A DNA stretch of 64,000 nucleotides, taken from assembly GCF_009834535.1 (NCBI RefSeq), contig NC_045696.1:14696001-14760000 (forward strand), given 5' to 3'. Within the stretch, counting starts at the first letter, position 1, and every line of letters starts with the position of its first letter. Positions 38,016 through 51,100 of this stretch are shown here, in pieces. Under the pieces are notes generated by a model. That model worked only from the letters and a program-made list of their open reading frames with translations. It was not told the DNA's origin and ran no database searches. Source of the stretch: Camelus ferus (lineage: Eukaryota). The translations under genes and the position numbers were made by a program.

Positions 38016-41000
38016 ATTTCCACACATGCATACTTTCTTTAAATTCTCACCAAATTTTATATTATTTGATCTTAAGCAATTTGGGAGTCAGTCACAAGAT
38101 TTCTTCCAGTGATCTCTAAGAAAAATCTCGAAAAGATAAGCAATTCCTAGCAGTTGAACTAGAACCATAACAAGAGACTACATACCTGCTGGTCACGTTG
38201 CTAAAAGAACACTGGTTTCATATGAGCCTCCATCAAATTCCTGAGGGCAAACTCTGGAACACTGAGCACCTTCTCATCTAGGTAAGGTCCATGGTATGTT
38301 ATGGCAACAAGGATAATTTTGTTTAAGGATGATAAAAGGCAGCTAGTTTAGAAATATGATACCCAACTTGAATAATTTTAAATACATAAAATCCCAAAGT
38401 ACACCTGGATTTATCACTTACTTTTTCTGTATTCTCAATCACAATTTAATTCTGTCTTGTGCTCTATCTTAATTTATAGCTAAGGAAGTTACGCAGTAGC
38501 TTTATTGGTGGACCTGCATAAATTCCCTATTCCTTATACAATTTTGGGAAAGCTCGTATGGTGCTAAGTTCTTCATAGTAGCATAATTGAGCTGCTGAAT
38601 AAGCAGTGAGTAATCAGCATACAGGTCTCTTCTAATCATGGCAGCTAACACTCTATAATCCCTTTTGTTATTGGTAAAGATCTTTTAATAATAAAAGAAT
38701 CTCATTCTACCTCAGTGTTTAACTTTTAGAAACAGGATCTAAAAAAATGTCTCATAAAAAACTTCCATGTCAAATTATCCTTCCACACATCATTTCCTGA
38801 CAATTGTGCCAACATCTCCATATTCAAAATTGTCACATGAATGTATGCACATTAGAGACCAGGAAAGGCTAAGATTTGTCCAGGTGATAAGCCACTCTGT
38901 GCCAAATTTAACATTCTCTTTCACTTCAGAAGCTTTGTTGTTAGTGATATTGCTGTTTAGGAAAATTGTATTCTCAAAATTCCTGGTGAGGTTGAGGGGT
39001 TAGAGGATGAATTTAGAGTACGGAGAACCAGACTGAGATTCTCCAATGTTGTGAAGATAAGGTTCCTAAAGATTGCTCACTGTATTGGAACACTTGGCTA
39101 GCTCAAAAAAAAAAAAATTGTTAAATATTTCCATGGCTGAGATATAAACCTAGAATCCCCCAACATTTTTTAATGTCTAATTAATTGCCTAGAAGCTGGA
39201 ACTTCTCACTAACAGTCTTTGCTATGAAATGCATTATTTTCAGTTAATAATTAAACTGTAATTATTTGATGTAGATAGAAGGACTTTTGCCTGTGCCCAT
39301 ATTGAACACATGCCAAAACATTTATGCTTGGTATGTATCTAGTAATATGAATGCTTTGTTCCAGCATCTACCAGAAAATAAAATTAGTGAAGCATCACTC
39401 CCTACTTCCTTCCTTGAACCCATGCATTAGTTACTTACCTGAATCCATCTTAGAGTAACTACCTTCCTTGGATATAGGCTGAACTTGGGGTGATAGGTTT
39501 GCTCTATAGTGAATAGCATTACAAATAATTTCAATTGTGATGTAATTGTACTTCAATTTTATGCAACTGCTAAATGGAAACATAATTGAAAGGAAAATTA
39601 TAATCAGTCAAACTATAGTAAATAATTTTTAGGTGACAAAACAACCAAGAGAGTATAAATTTGAAAGTTCATCCCATTTGTCAATTGTCAATTATATGTC
39701 TCTTTAATCTATCTTGATATTTACCATTAGTCATTAGTTTTATCTACTTTTCTATTCTTTCTGCATGAAAATTACCAACTAGGAAGAAATGAACCTGCAT
39801 CAAGGGACCACACAATCTTTGATTTAAAAATATATGTGTGCAGTCTAAAACAAAGGAGAAATATGCACATGTACCAACTTTCTTTGACTTCGACTACATT
39901 CTAGAGTATGCTAAAACTACATGTAAGGTAACTCTCTCACCTCCCAAATAATAACAGAACATCAAAAAGTGAAACAGAACATTGTACAAATCCATATTAA
40001 GACCATCAAATTTAAACTATGCTTTAAAATTCAGCAATATTGTGAGATTCATTGCCTTCTAATAAAAAAAGGATGCAAGTAAGTTCAAATGGATGATACT
40101 CCACATGTCATAATATGACAGTAAAACTTATTCTCTAAAGAAAGATAAGGTTTAAGAATAAAGGGACACATGACCAAGGATCATCTAGAAGCGGCTTTCT
40201 TATTCTCTCAGCACTGTGGGCAACTTTTATAAAAATGAGAAAATTGAATTTACTGAAGATAAAATTTTGATGAAGTTCTATTGAAGAATAGTAGTCTATG
40301 AAATTCCATGTTATATTAGGAGCTAAATGACAACTGTTAGATTATTATGAGACAAAAACAATTTTACATTTTGATTTTTTCCCCCTAAATTGTGGGATAG
40401 TGACTATTCTGGTGTTTTCTGTAATGTATAGATCATATTACTCAACTTCTAAGTCCAGATCCTAACCCAGTTAACTTAACCCAGTGACTTCTTGAAACCT
40501 GGCTTTAATCCACAAACAATCCTTGTTCTATCTTAGCCTTTGAAGAGCAACAGCCTTTACAATTAATTCCATGGAAGTACCTTCTACTCTGTGATAATCA
40601 TAATCTTTCAAATTTTCTCTTTGTTTCTCAACTCACTTGTAAACTCTTTGGTCAAATTTAATGCCTGATACAACTTTTTTCCTCTTGTATCACTTCTATG
40701 TTGCTAAATTATAGTAAGTTCTTAACAAGAATTTTTAGATTCATTGATTGGCTTATTAACTGTATTATTAACAAGAAAATCAAAGGCAATTCATTACTAA
40801 AAGGACTAAAAACATTTTGCTTCTTTCTCCTGTATTAAAACTGAGAACAAAACACAGTAAGAAAAATAGAGAAAATAAACATCTTTAGAGAGAGGATTAT
40901 AGCTCTAAACCATAAAATGTGAAGCTAACCTGCCAAATACTGTGATATCCCAACTAAAATGAAGCAAAATCTGAGAGCCTTCACATGCATAGCCAATCCA

Positions 41001-41049
41001 TATTAATAGAAATTTTATTTTGTCAACTGTTATGTATACTATAAAGTAC

Positions 41050-43015
41050 TCAAGTATATAAAGGAAAGCATAAGTATGATGAGGAGGGAATTGAAAAATA
41101 TAAAAAACATTCAACTGTTATGCTTAAAGAGGAAACGTATGATATCTGAAAAGAAAAATAGACTGGACAATATTGAAGGTGATCAGACACTGCAGAAGAG
41201 AATAATGGTGAACTCGAACAGATAACGATCAATAGTAGAATCAATATAATAACCAAATTGAAGAAACCTAGTTATAAAGAGAAAACTCAGATATAGCCAG
41301 AAAAAGAGACAAATACATTTTGACAAAGGATTTACTATAATAAATACTTCTCATGACGAACACTCATGTCTTTAAACAATAGGGCAATTTTAGTACTCAA
41401 AACAAAACAAACAAGTTAATCTAGAAATTCATTCAAGTTAAAAATTTTAAAAATCTAATGAAAAAAATTAAGCAAAGGCAAATAAAGCCATTTTCAACAA
41501 TGAAAAGCTGGCAGATCTCATCACTGTAAGAAATGACAGATAAAAAGAAATGGACATGAGATAAAAGTGTAGGTCTTCACAAAGAAATAATGAATGTTAG
41601 GGGTAAAAAATACAAAAGACATGTTTCTCATGTTTTAAATAATGCTAAAAGGTAATCCACTGTTAAAACAAAAATAATAGTATATTGTGATGTTTATAAT
41701 ACGTAAAAGAATAATATATGACAATAAGATGAAGGACTGTAGTAAGAACTGTAGAGAAAAATGGAAGTATAGAGTTGCAATGTTTCTAAACAATATTTGA
41801 AGTAACATAAAAATTATTCAAAGATTGTCTGTGATAAATAAAAATACTTATACAGAAACAGCACCAAAGACAGAATTCATGACAGAAATAATTGATAAAC
41901 TGGACTTCACTAAAATTAAAAACTTCTGTTCCATGAAAGAAAATATTAAGAGAACTAGAAGCCAAGCCAAGCCAAGCCACAGACTGAGATAAAGTACTTG
42001 CAAAAGACACATCTGATAAAAGAAGTTATTTGAAATATACAAAGAACTCTTAAATTCAACAACAAAAAAAGAAACAACCTGATTAGAAAATGAGTCAAAG
42101 ACCTTAACAGAAACCTCGCCAAAGAAGATACACAGATGGCAAATAGGCATATGAAAAGATGTTCCACATCGTACGTCATCAAGGAAATTCAAATTAAAAC
42201 AACAATATTCCAGTACACATCTATTAGAATGGCCACAATGTGGAACCCTGACAACACCAAATTCTGGCCAGGATGCAGAATAACAAGAACTCTCATTTAT
42301 TGTTAATGGGGATAAAAAATGGTAGAGTTATTTGGGAAGCCCTGTGGTGACTTATTACAAAACCAAACATACTGTTACTACACGTGACCCAGAAATCAGG
42401 CTGCTTGGTGTTTACCCAAAGGTGCTGAAAACTGGCGTCTATGTAAAAACCTGCACACAGGTTTATTCATAACTGCTAAAACTTAGAAGCAACTGTGATG
42501 TCCTTTAGTAGATGATGCATAAGTAAACTGTGATAGAGCAAGACAATGAAATATTTTTCACTGTTGAAAAGAAATGAACTATCAAGCCATGAAAAGACAC
42601 GGAGGGATCTGAAATGCATATTAAGTGAAAGAAGCTAATCTGAAAAGGTTATATACTATGATTCTAACTAGATGCCTTTTTATAAAAGGCAAAGCTATGA
42701 AGATGGTAAAAAGATTAATGGTTGCCAAAAGTCAGGGGGAGAGAAAGAGATAAATATTTGGGAAACAGAGGATTTTTAGGACAGTGAAAATAATCTGTAT
42801 GATGCTATAATGATGGATTCATGTCATTATACGTTTGTCCAAATCTGTAAGCTGTACAACACCATGAAATAGCCTAAGGTGAAGTATGGACTTTGGATGA
42901 TAATGATATGTCAATGTAGGTAAATCAGTTGTAACAGAGGTACCACTGTGGCACAGGATGTTGATAATGGTTGAGGCTATGCATATGTGGGGACAGGATA
43001 TATGACAAATCCTTT
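41050..43015 (+). mobile_element. Old L1 (L1MC-like): ORF1 remnants joined to ORF2 C-terminus and 3'UTR
   Basis: 'aaagaagatacacagatggcaaataggcatatgaaaagatg', 'aaaagaaatgaactatcaagccatgaaaagaca' and 'tatggactttggatgataatgatatgtcaatgtagg'. Confidence 0.9.
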
Positions 43016-45443
43016 AAAAATGCCTCCATTGTCCTGCTTGTTAAATCCATTGGTAATTTTCTTTTTTTTTTTTTTTCCTGTTTTATGAGATACAACTACT
43101 CTTCCTTCTTAAAATTCTATTCCTTGATCTTTCTTACATTTTTCTCTTTGTTCTCCACCTATCTCTTTGCACAGAAGTAATCTCTATTTGTGTCCTAACG
43201 TCCTCCTTCAGTCCCTTATATTCATGGGATCATCATAATCAGCATTGTCACATCTACCACTAAAGAGCTAATTACTGAGCTAGACCCTTTACTTTAAAAT
43301 TGAACTTTGGCATATCATTGCAAGATTCATATGCATATATAATACATATATGTAATATTTGTATGTCTATGTGTCTCTGAGTTTGTGTAAAATATACCTT
43401 TTTAGATGAGATAAAATGATCCAAGAGATCAAACAGCTTACTCAAGACGACATTGCTTAGTGGTTACTGCAATAGAAGTCACAGTGGCTTAACAAATGGG
43501 CCCGCTAGGGCCATGCCTCTCAAGATCCCCAGGTTAATATACTTTTTATGTGAAGGGCCAGTCCTGAAGACCCTTAGAATGTGCAGGGTTTGGACAACCT
43601 CGGTACACTGCATTAACTCTACAGTGCTCCTCTTTCCATCCCCAAATGAAGCATATCATGAACCACTTGCTTCTGACTCCCAGCTAGATCTGGGCCACCT
43701 TCTAGTTCCAATGAGGCAGAGTCATGGACGTATTAAATGAATGAGTGTTTTTATCTGCTACTGGCAACGATTCCCTTAGATACCCATGTCAGTTACCAGA
43801 TAGGACTGTAAGAATCCTTCCTCATCCCTGTGACTTCAAAGCCTACTTTTTATATAAAAATGACAAATTCATACTGAAAATGAGCTTGCAATGTAAAATA
43901 AAACACTCTTGTGTAGAAACTTAAAATGCTTTTGTCAATGTACTAAATAAAGAACTGAATTAAGTAGATTAGATTCTTTTGAATGTCTGTATAGATCACA
44001 TGTTGACTCCTAAGAACTGTCATTTTCACTTTAACCTAGTTTGGGATAAATAATGTCTATATATTTTGCCAAAGTAGAATGCTGAAAGTTTAACCATTTA
44101 ACATTAACTTTTCTCCTTGCTACCATGACTAAGGAAAAATCTCATGGAATATATACTACATAAATTTATAATGACATATGCTGCTAGAAGAGGGAGGTGT
44201 TTTTTTTTTTCCCCTGTAATTACTGGCAGAGAATTACCAAAAGCTAGGCTATTTAGTTTCAATACTTTTAATTTTAATCATTTTTACCTAGTTCTTCTCT
44301 TGTTCCCTCTTTCTTTTTTTTCCTTATGCTTTTAAAGACAAGGCAACTTCTCAAGTACATTAAAAAAAAAGTTTAAACAGTCTTGTGTTTATTCTAGAAA
44401 AAAAGTTGAATCAAGAATTTGAGGTTTAGTTAACATGAAAGAATATGTTAAATTATTAATAAAGAAAAAACATTGTGTCTGCTTATTATAACACATATCC
44501 TGAAGTGGGCAGAGACAAGTCCTATAAAAGCCAAGATTCTGCCTGCATTGGCTTAGAAGTTTATTGTAAAACACTTCTGAGCCAAGGACATTTAGGGGAG
44601 CAATGCCAAGTTAATATGAAGGTGCCAATGTAGAATAATCTTTAAAAGATGGAGTCTCCAACGTTGCAGTAACTGAAAGTACACGTCATGTCAAGTTAGC
44701 TGGAGACATCTGTTACTGAGGCACAGAAACATATCTGTCTATTAATTTCTAAGTTGAACTGTTCAGGTTGTGCTCACTGCTTAATTTTAATAAAGGCTCT
44801 ATAAAATTTCTTTACAAATGCTATTTTTTTATGAAGCCAAGTTTCAGTATCTGATATTCTTGGTCATTATGTGAATTTAAAAGTATAGGTAGAAAAGGAG
44901 AAGGGGGTTACTAGAAAAATTTCCTAACCCCTACTGGAAGCCTGTTGTTTCTAAAGAGATGGTGTTTTTATTTTACCACAGTGAGACCTGGGAGCCTCCA
45001 TGTTACCAGATGCCCAATGTATTCTTTGCTAGTCTATTTTGTTCATTTTGAATTTCCTTTGAACTGGGTTTGAAATATGGTAAGTTTTCAATAAGTTTTT
45101 GTTCAATGATTATTAATGAAAACTCTAGGCTTTTTATAAGAGCAGAAATAATGAATAGATTAATAATAGAATTTCTGAAAATCAGATACTCACTGAATAA
45201 GATTACAAATTAAAGACAAGAAGATGCATTAACAGAAACACAAGTGTTTGGACAGATAAATATTAGAGATGTATCAGTGGGTTAAATCCCACATTTCAAG
45301 ACATAATTAGTTCATACAGTTTCTTCCCTTCAACAATTGGTTCATCAACATTTAATTTAGCTTGCTGATGGCACAAATTACACTTGAAATAATGGTTCTT
45401 CTCACCGTATAATTTGTATTCTGCTGTGTTCTGTATCTTACAG

Positions 45444-45625
45444 AACAAGCAGTAAGTCTCATAATCCACCATGAGACACAGCAGCCCATCCCCCAAAACA
45501 CAAATGCAGCAATCACACAGGAACATCCTACCATCTCAGATGGTTCAGAGCTAATTCTAGTTTCAGTCACTGGGTCAGACAAGTTCTTCAGTGAAGTCAT
45601 TGGCATTGACTCTGGCATTGGACAG
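45444..45625 (+). other. Candidate orphan exon (unidentified)
   Basis: Acceptor 'tgttctgtatcttacag' followed by an open frame QAVSLIIHHETQQPIPQ...GIDSGIGQ and a weak donor CAG|GTGGCT. No protein recognised. Confidence 0.15.
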
Positions 45626-47964
45626 GTGGCTTATAATGTACTATTCTGTTCTACTGTCTAGTATCAGTAAAAAGTTCACAAATCGTGCATGTATAGATTG
45701 TATCCATGCAGGATTAATTTATTTGAAATAAGTCAACCTAACTTAAAAGAACTCTGTTGGCCCCACACAGGTCCAGGGTTGAATAGAGGATTATCTCTTC
45801 AATTTACTGCAGGACTAGAATAAATCATAGAACCACCTATTCTTTTCTTTGGTCCTAGAGCAGACTTTTCTACACCTAGTATTTCAGTGAAAGAAAATTA
45901 TCTTAAAGTATCCATTAAGGTATTAAATTATCATAATTTTCTTGTTAGTTCTATATGGATTTTACATATGTTTGTCAATTCATATTAAGTTTTTCAGTTA
46001 AATATGGAACATAGTATCCAGTAACTGTCAAAATCCAGGTTCTCTCAAAGATATTACTGGAAATTGATTAAAATATCTTAAGTAGAAACCTGTTTTTATT
46101 CTTTCTGGCTTTTAGCTGTGGTGGTAAGGCTAATTATTTGGGAAGTTAATATTTAGTGTTCGATGATTGAAAACTCTGCCATGTATTTAGGTAGTAACAG
46201 TTAAATACAGGTTTGTGCATTAAATTTAGTTAGTTGGGATGAAAAGTGACCTCAAATTTAGGGGAAAAAGTGTACACTTCCAACTACTTATGCAAACCAC
46301 TGCCGTGAGGCCAAGGCTAACTCAAGAGAACAAGACATGATTTTTATATTTCACTAGCGTTTACTAGTTTCTAGGCCAAGGGCAAGCTTATATAGTGAAG
46401 CAAAAACCATAGTTTAGCTTCATTTTATAAATATTATTTTAAAATTAACCAGAAAACAAATTTGAAAGAATTTTATTTAACTATTCTTTTAATGTCAAGT
46501 TTTAATCTAATTTCCCCATGTAGTCTTTGAAATTATATTTTAAACATGGAAACTATATATTCACCAATACAAAGTAGTCATCAATCTCCACTTTTTAAGA
46601 GAAGTTCTTTAGGTTCATTGAGAAAATACACAAATTAATTAATAAAGTATTTTTAGCATTGTTTAAAAGAAAACACTTAAGTGAATTATGTGGAAAACCA
46701 TCCTTTAGAAAATACCAGTATCAAGATCAAGCTATGAAAATAATTTTAAATTTAAACCCACTTTATTATTAATAGGTGAATTATTTTGTTGTGACTGTAT
46801 TTAAAAGTGTAAATGGACTGTGTTTTCAACTTGTGACCATTTCTCTCTCTCAGGCTATAATTGCCAAAACCACTGATGTCAGGAACAACAGCTCCACTGT
46901 TCTCCAGACTCCCTCTGGGACTTGGGACACAGAAATAAATCATTAGTTACTACCCAGTATGTAGAGTTTGAATGTAGAGTAGAAGTTGACTTAAAGGCAC
47001 CCCACCACTAAGGTGACAGGAAGTGCTCCAAGTTAACCTTAAGTTCTGATTTAACCTGTAGTATAAATACACAGGTGTTGACATTATAAATAACCTCTTA
47101 TTAGAAAAGACATAAAAAAATAGTTCAGTTAAATAACGTTTGGGGGTGAAGAGGACAGGAGAAAGTAAAAGGCACCATAAAACCTTATATCATTGTGAAG
47201 TTAAAAGGATAAAAAAGACAGTTTTGCTTCTAGTCCTTATCTCCTGCTCATTTATTATACACCATTCAAAAAATGAAGAAAGGAATTTTAATTATAATCA
47301 TTTTTAAGGATATAAACCCTACATGAAATCACATGAGGAATGAAGATAGTCTATAAATCAAAGTATTAATGTTAGAGATAAATCTGTTGTTTTATTTAAC
47401 TAATGGAGAAGAGACGTTAACAGTTACATGGAGTGAGGGGTAGAAGGGTAAATAAATTAAGCACCCAGAAAAACATGTGTTACTCCTAATTGAACTGAAG
47501 ACAGAATGCTGTTGAGAAAAATAAATTAGGAGGTCTGGTTTTGGTCTGAGCTATGCTAACATGTAAGATCTTGGTCATCTTTTCTCCCCAATGTCTCTCC
47601 ACTTTATCATCTCTCAAAGGAGATTCTTGGTTCAGATCATCAATGACTCTACAGTAAACTTTAGCCAAACATGTGAAAAGTTTAAAGTTTGTCTTTAGTT
47701 TTCAGCCTCTTCTTTCTGAATTTTCCTTTTTGACATAATCTTAAGATTCTTTGGGCTCTTTTTACTTTTTTGCATCTAGAAAAGGTAGTGTTCACCCTTT
47801 AAGCAGATGCATTTAATGACAGAATGACAGATACTTTACATTTGTAAAGAAGTTTTAAACAAAATTGAGGATATTTTGAAGCTGTAAAGTCCACTGAAAT
47901 TAAGGGTTGCTAATGTAGGTGATTTCAAGACTGACTTCAAAGTAAACTTAACTTTATTTTGACG

Positions 47965-48174
47965 GTATATTCTACAGAGTTCCTCGAGGGTCAGTAGCAC
48001 AGATTGACCCCATTTGCCCACAGTGCTAACCAACTCTGTAATTCTTCCTTCACTGACTTTTCTCTCTGCTCTGTCTTACTCTTCCTGTTCCTTTATTTAC
48101 GCTTCTAAGAATACCTAAATAAAATCCTTGTGCCATGTTCCTTCTGCAGTTTCTAGGGAACCCATGTTATGACA
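47965..48174 (+). mobile_element. Old ERVL LTR 3' fragment
   Basis: 'cctaaataaaatccttg...tttctagggaaccca..atgaca' end typical of the LTR16/33 group. Confidence 0.55.
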
Positions 48175-51100
48175 GTTACATAGCTTTACACCATCCCATA
48201 ACATTTTACCTAGAGAAATTGAACCACTAATAACACTCTGCTTGATAAATGAAAGATCACTCTTACTGAACCATTAATCTTGTGACATTGATAGATATCT
48301 GCTCTGACGATTGCCATCACTAACGTAATGTTACAACCATGAATTCACCCACGTAAAGGTCCCCTCATGTGCCTAATAAATGTCTTCAGAGTAGAGATTA
48401 TGTCTTATTCAAGGCTGTATTTCCACTGGTTAGCATAAGTCTTAGTACATAATAGTCATCCATGGAATGTTTTATAAATGAGAGGATTAATTTGGTTGTA
48501 TTTTATTTTGTGTTTATAAGAGTAGTTGTTACTAGATGGATAATGATAGTGATTAAAGTTAAATTCAGTAAACTCAGCTATGGACAAACATTAAAAATAG
48601 CTATCTATTGTGTGAAATAGACACATAATCAGACCACTTGTGTTTTTCCTGTAAAAAAAAATTTGAAACTTCTAACTTGATTACTAAATAAAGTACATAA
48701 GTACAGTGAATTCAAACACCCAAAGCATAATGCTATTTTCAGTAATCTGATTTCATTAATATTAATATGCACTTCTTTAACTTTGGATTAGCAAATTTAT
48801 TTTAAAATACTTAAGCATACGACATCTCAAGCTCTTGTGTAAAAACTATATCTTCACTCACACCAAAAACAACAAACTTTCACCAAAAAATTTCAATAGC
48901 TGTGGGGAAAAAAAAGAATGTGTAATAAAAGGAATATATAATATAATAATAATAGTAAAAAAATATTTTTAGAACTTCACCAAGGTAGTCTTATTAGAGG
49001 AAGTTCACTTTTGATTTACCTCCACAATTCCAGATCAAATGTTATGTTGAAATAGAATTTAACAGGAATATAAACTTGAACTAGTCTCATTCTTTCAAAG
49101 TTCAGCTTTGTATTAGGCTTTATATATTCACTGTTTTAAAAATTTGCCAGTAAATAACCAAACCTATCACTTAAAGATAAAAATTAATATGCAAAAACGC
49201 CTTTATCCTTAAAATAATATACAATAACCTTAGCAGAATAGTTCTGAGTAAGAATATATTTATTTGACATATAAAATTACAGATTTAGCTTGAATATGAA
49301 AAATATTATGCCACTTATCCATTAAGCAGAAGTGACTTCAAATGCAAGTAATATTTTTGAACTTTTTTTAAGGTAAAAATAGAGTCTTTGAATGAGATTG
49401 GATTTTTAAGACAAATTCAGGTAGATTGCAAATATCTAAAAAAAACATGCATATATCCCATGTTAGATAATGTCAAAATGTGAAATCATGAGACTGCTTG
49501 TGAGAATCCTGGTCTTGCAGATTCTCATTTAATTTCTACGGCTCAAGGGTATAACATTCTCCACCATACATAGTAAGTGCTTTGTAAGTATTTGCTACTT
49601 TTATTTATCTTTGATTCATGCATAAGATATTGTCCATATTTACTCTTTTGCTGATTTCTAATCATTCTTCAGAATATTTTTACTTATTATTTTCACTCTT
49701 TTCCCTCAATAATTTTGGAAAATATACTGCCTATCTCATTAATTTAATTTATAGAGAAAATATTTTTTTTACTTAAAAAAAGGGGCATTCTAATATTGTC
49801 CACATGAGTGGATGATGTAGGTCATCCAAGCTGAGCTGAACATTTTGGTCTTAGCTCCCAGCAGTCAAACTCATGGCCAATGCAGCTGTTCATTTTATCG
49901 GAACTCCATTCAATTTCAGTTTATGTACTTGAGGGTGTTCCAAGAATGACCTTCCAAGTTTTCCTTTTTTCAGTTTATTGTCAGTTTTTTTTTTCCTTTT
50001 GTGTTAAATGCTACAACATGCCCATAAAAGTCTACTGAGATCTAATTATTAGAAGTTATACATTGATTGTGTATGCAAATGGTAATGGAGTAGGCAGTAT
50101 CTTTGGCAAAAGCATCAGAGAATTTACAGAAAATGACAGAGGCATGATGCTCACATGAGCATAGAAAACTAGCAAATGCAGTCATTGAGGAAAGATGCTC
50201 ACTTCTTTATCTTCTGCAATATTGTACGGTTTTACGTTTCCCTAGATGACTAAATAATTTCTGTAAACATAATCAAATAGGATGATAGATCTGAGAAATA
50301 TTTAGTGAGAGAAATGGCTGGTTGATTTACTGAGTTATTATATTTTACCTTTTTGTTTAAGGCAAATAAGGCTTGGAAAGTCTAAAATTCTACATGAGAA
50401 AAGGATTCAACTATGTACGAATAGAGAAACATTACATCTAAAAACAGCTTTTAAAATATTTGAAATTTAATCTATTTTTACTCATGTTTAATCAGATGAA
50501 GGAATATGTTATAAGAAAATCAGTATAGAAACATAGACTTTTTCATGCTTAATACACTTAACTCTAAAAAAAAAATAATTCTTATGAAAACTATTATCTT
50601 CCAAAGCTTAAATAGATTATAAAGTATCTTGAAAGACATTGGAAGAATTTATAAAGTTAAAGTTTTCTTCCCTTCTCTGTGGATTTCATCGTTTATATCG
50701 TGTTTTTTTTTTTTTTCTCTGACTGTATGCACTTCCTTAATATGCACTAGCCTTGAAAATTCCAAATTTTTTTTTGATGGGGAGCAAGAAGATCATGTCT
50801 CATAACAAGAAAATGCAAATTTTTGTCTCTACCTTCAGAATTAAATTGGCATAGATGTGTCAAAAAATTTAGTTCTTCTCTCATAACAAAATAAATCACC
50901 TAGATCTAAGGATAAGCTTTATGATTATTATTGTCAATCAGATTATCTCTTCACATCATTTGTAGCCTCTTAAAAATTATTTTATCTCAGCTCTCATGGT
51001 ACAATGGTACTTGTTAGATGACTCAAGCCAATCTTATTTCCTCTTTGTTTTTTTGTTTTTTTAATTAATTTTTGACTTTCTAAGATTCTCACAATTCAAC

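Noticed and set aside
45296..45618. Cys-rich minus-strand ORFs as a zinc-finger or RING pseudogene
   Set aside because: Cys/His spacing fits no family I recognise, and there is no poly(A) tail or TSD.
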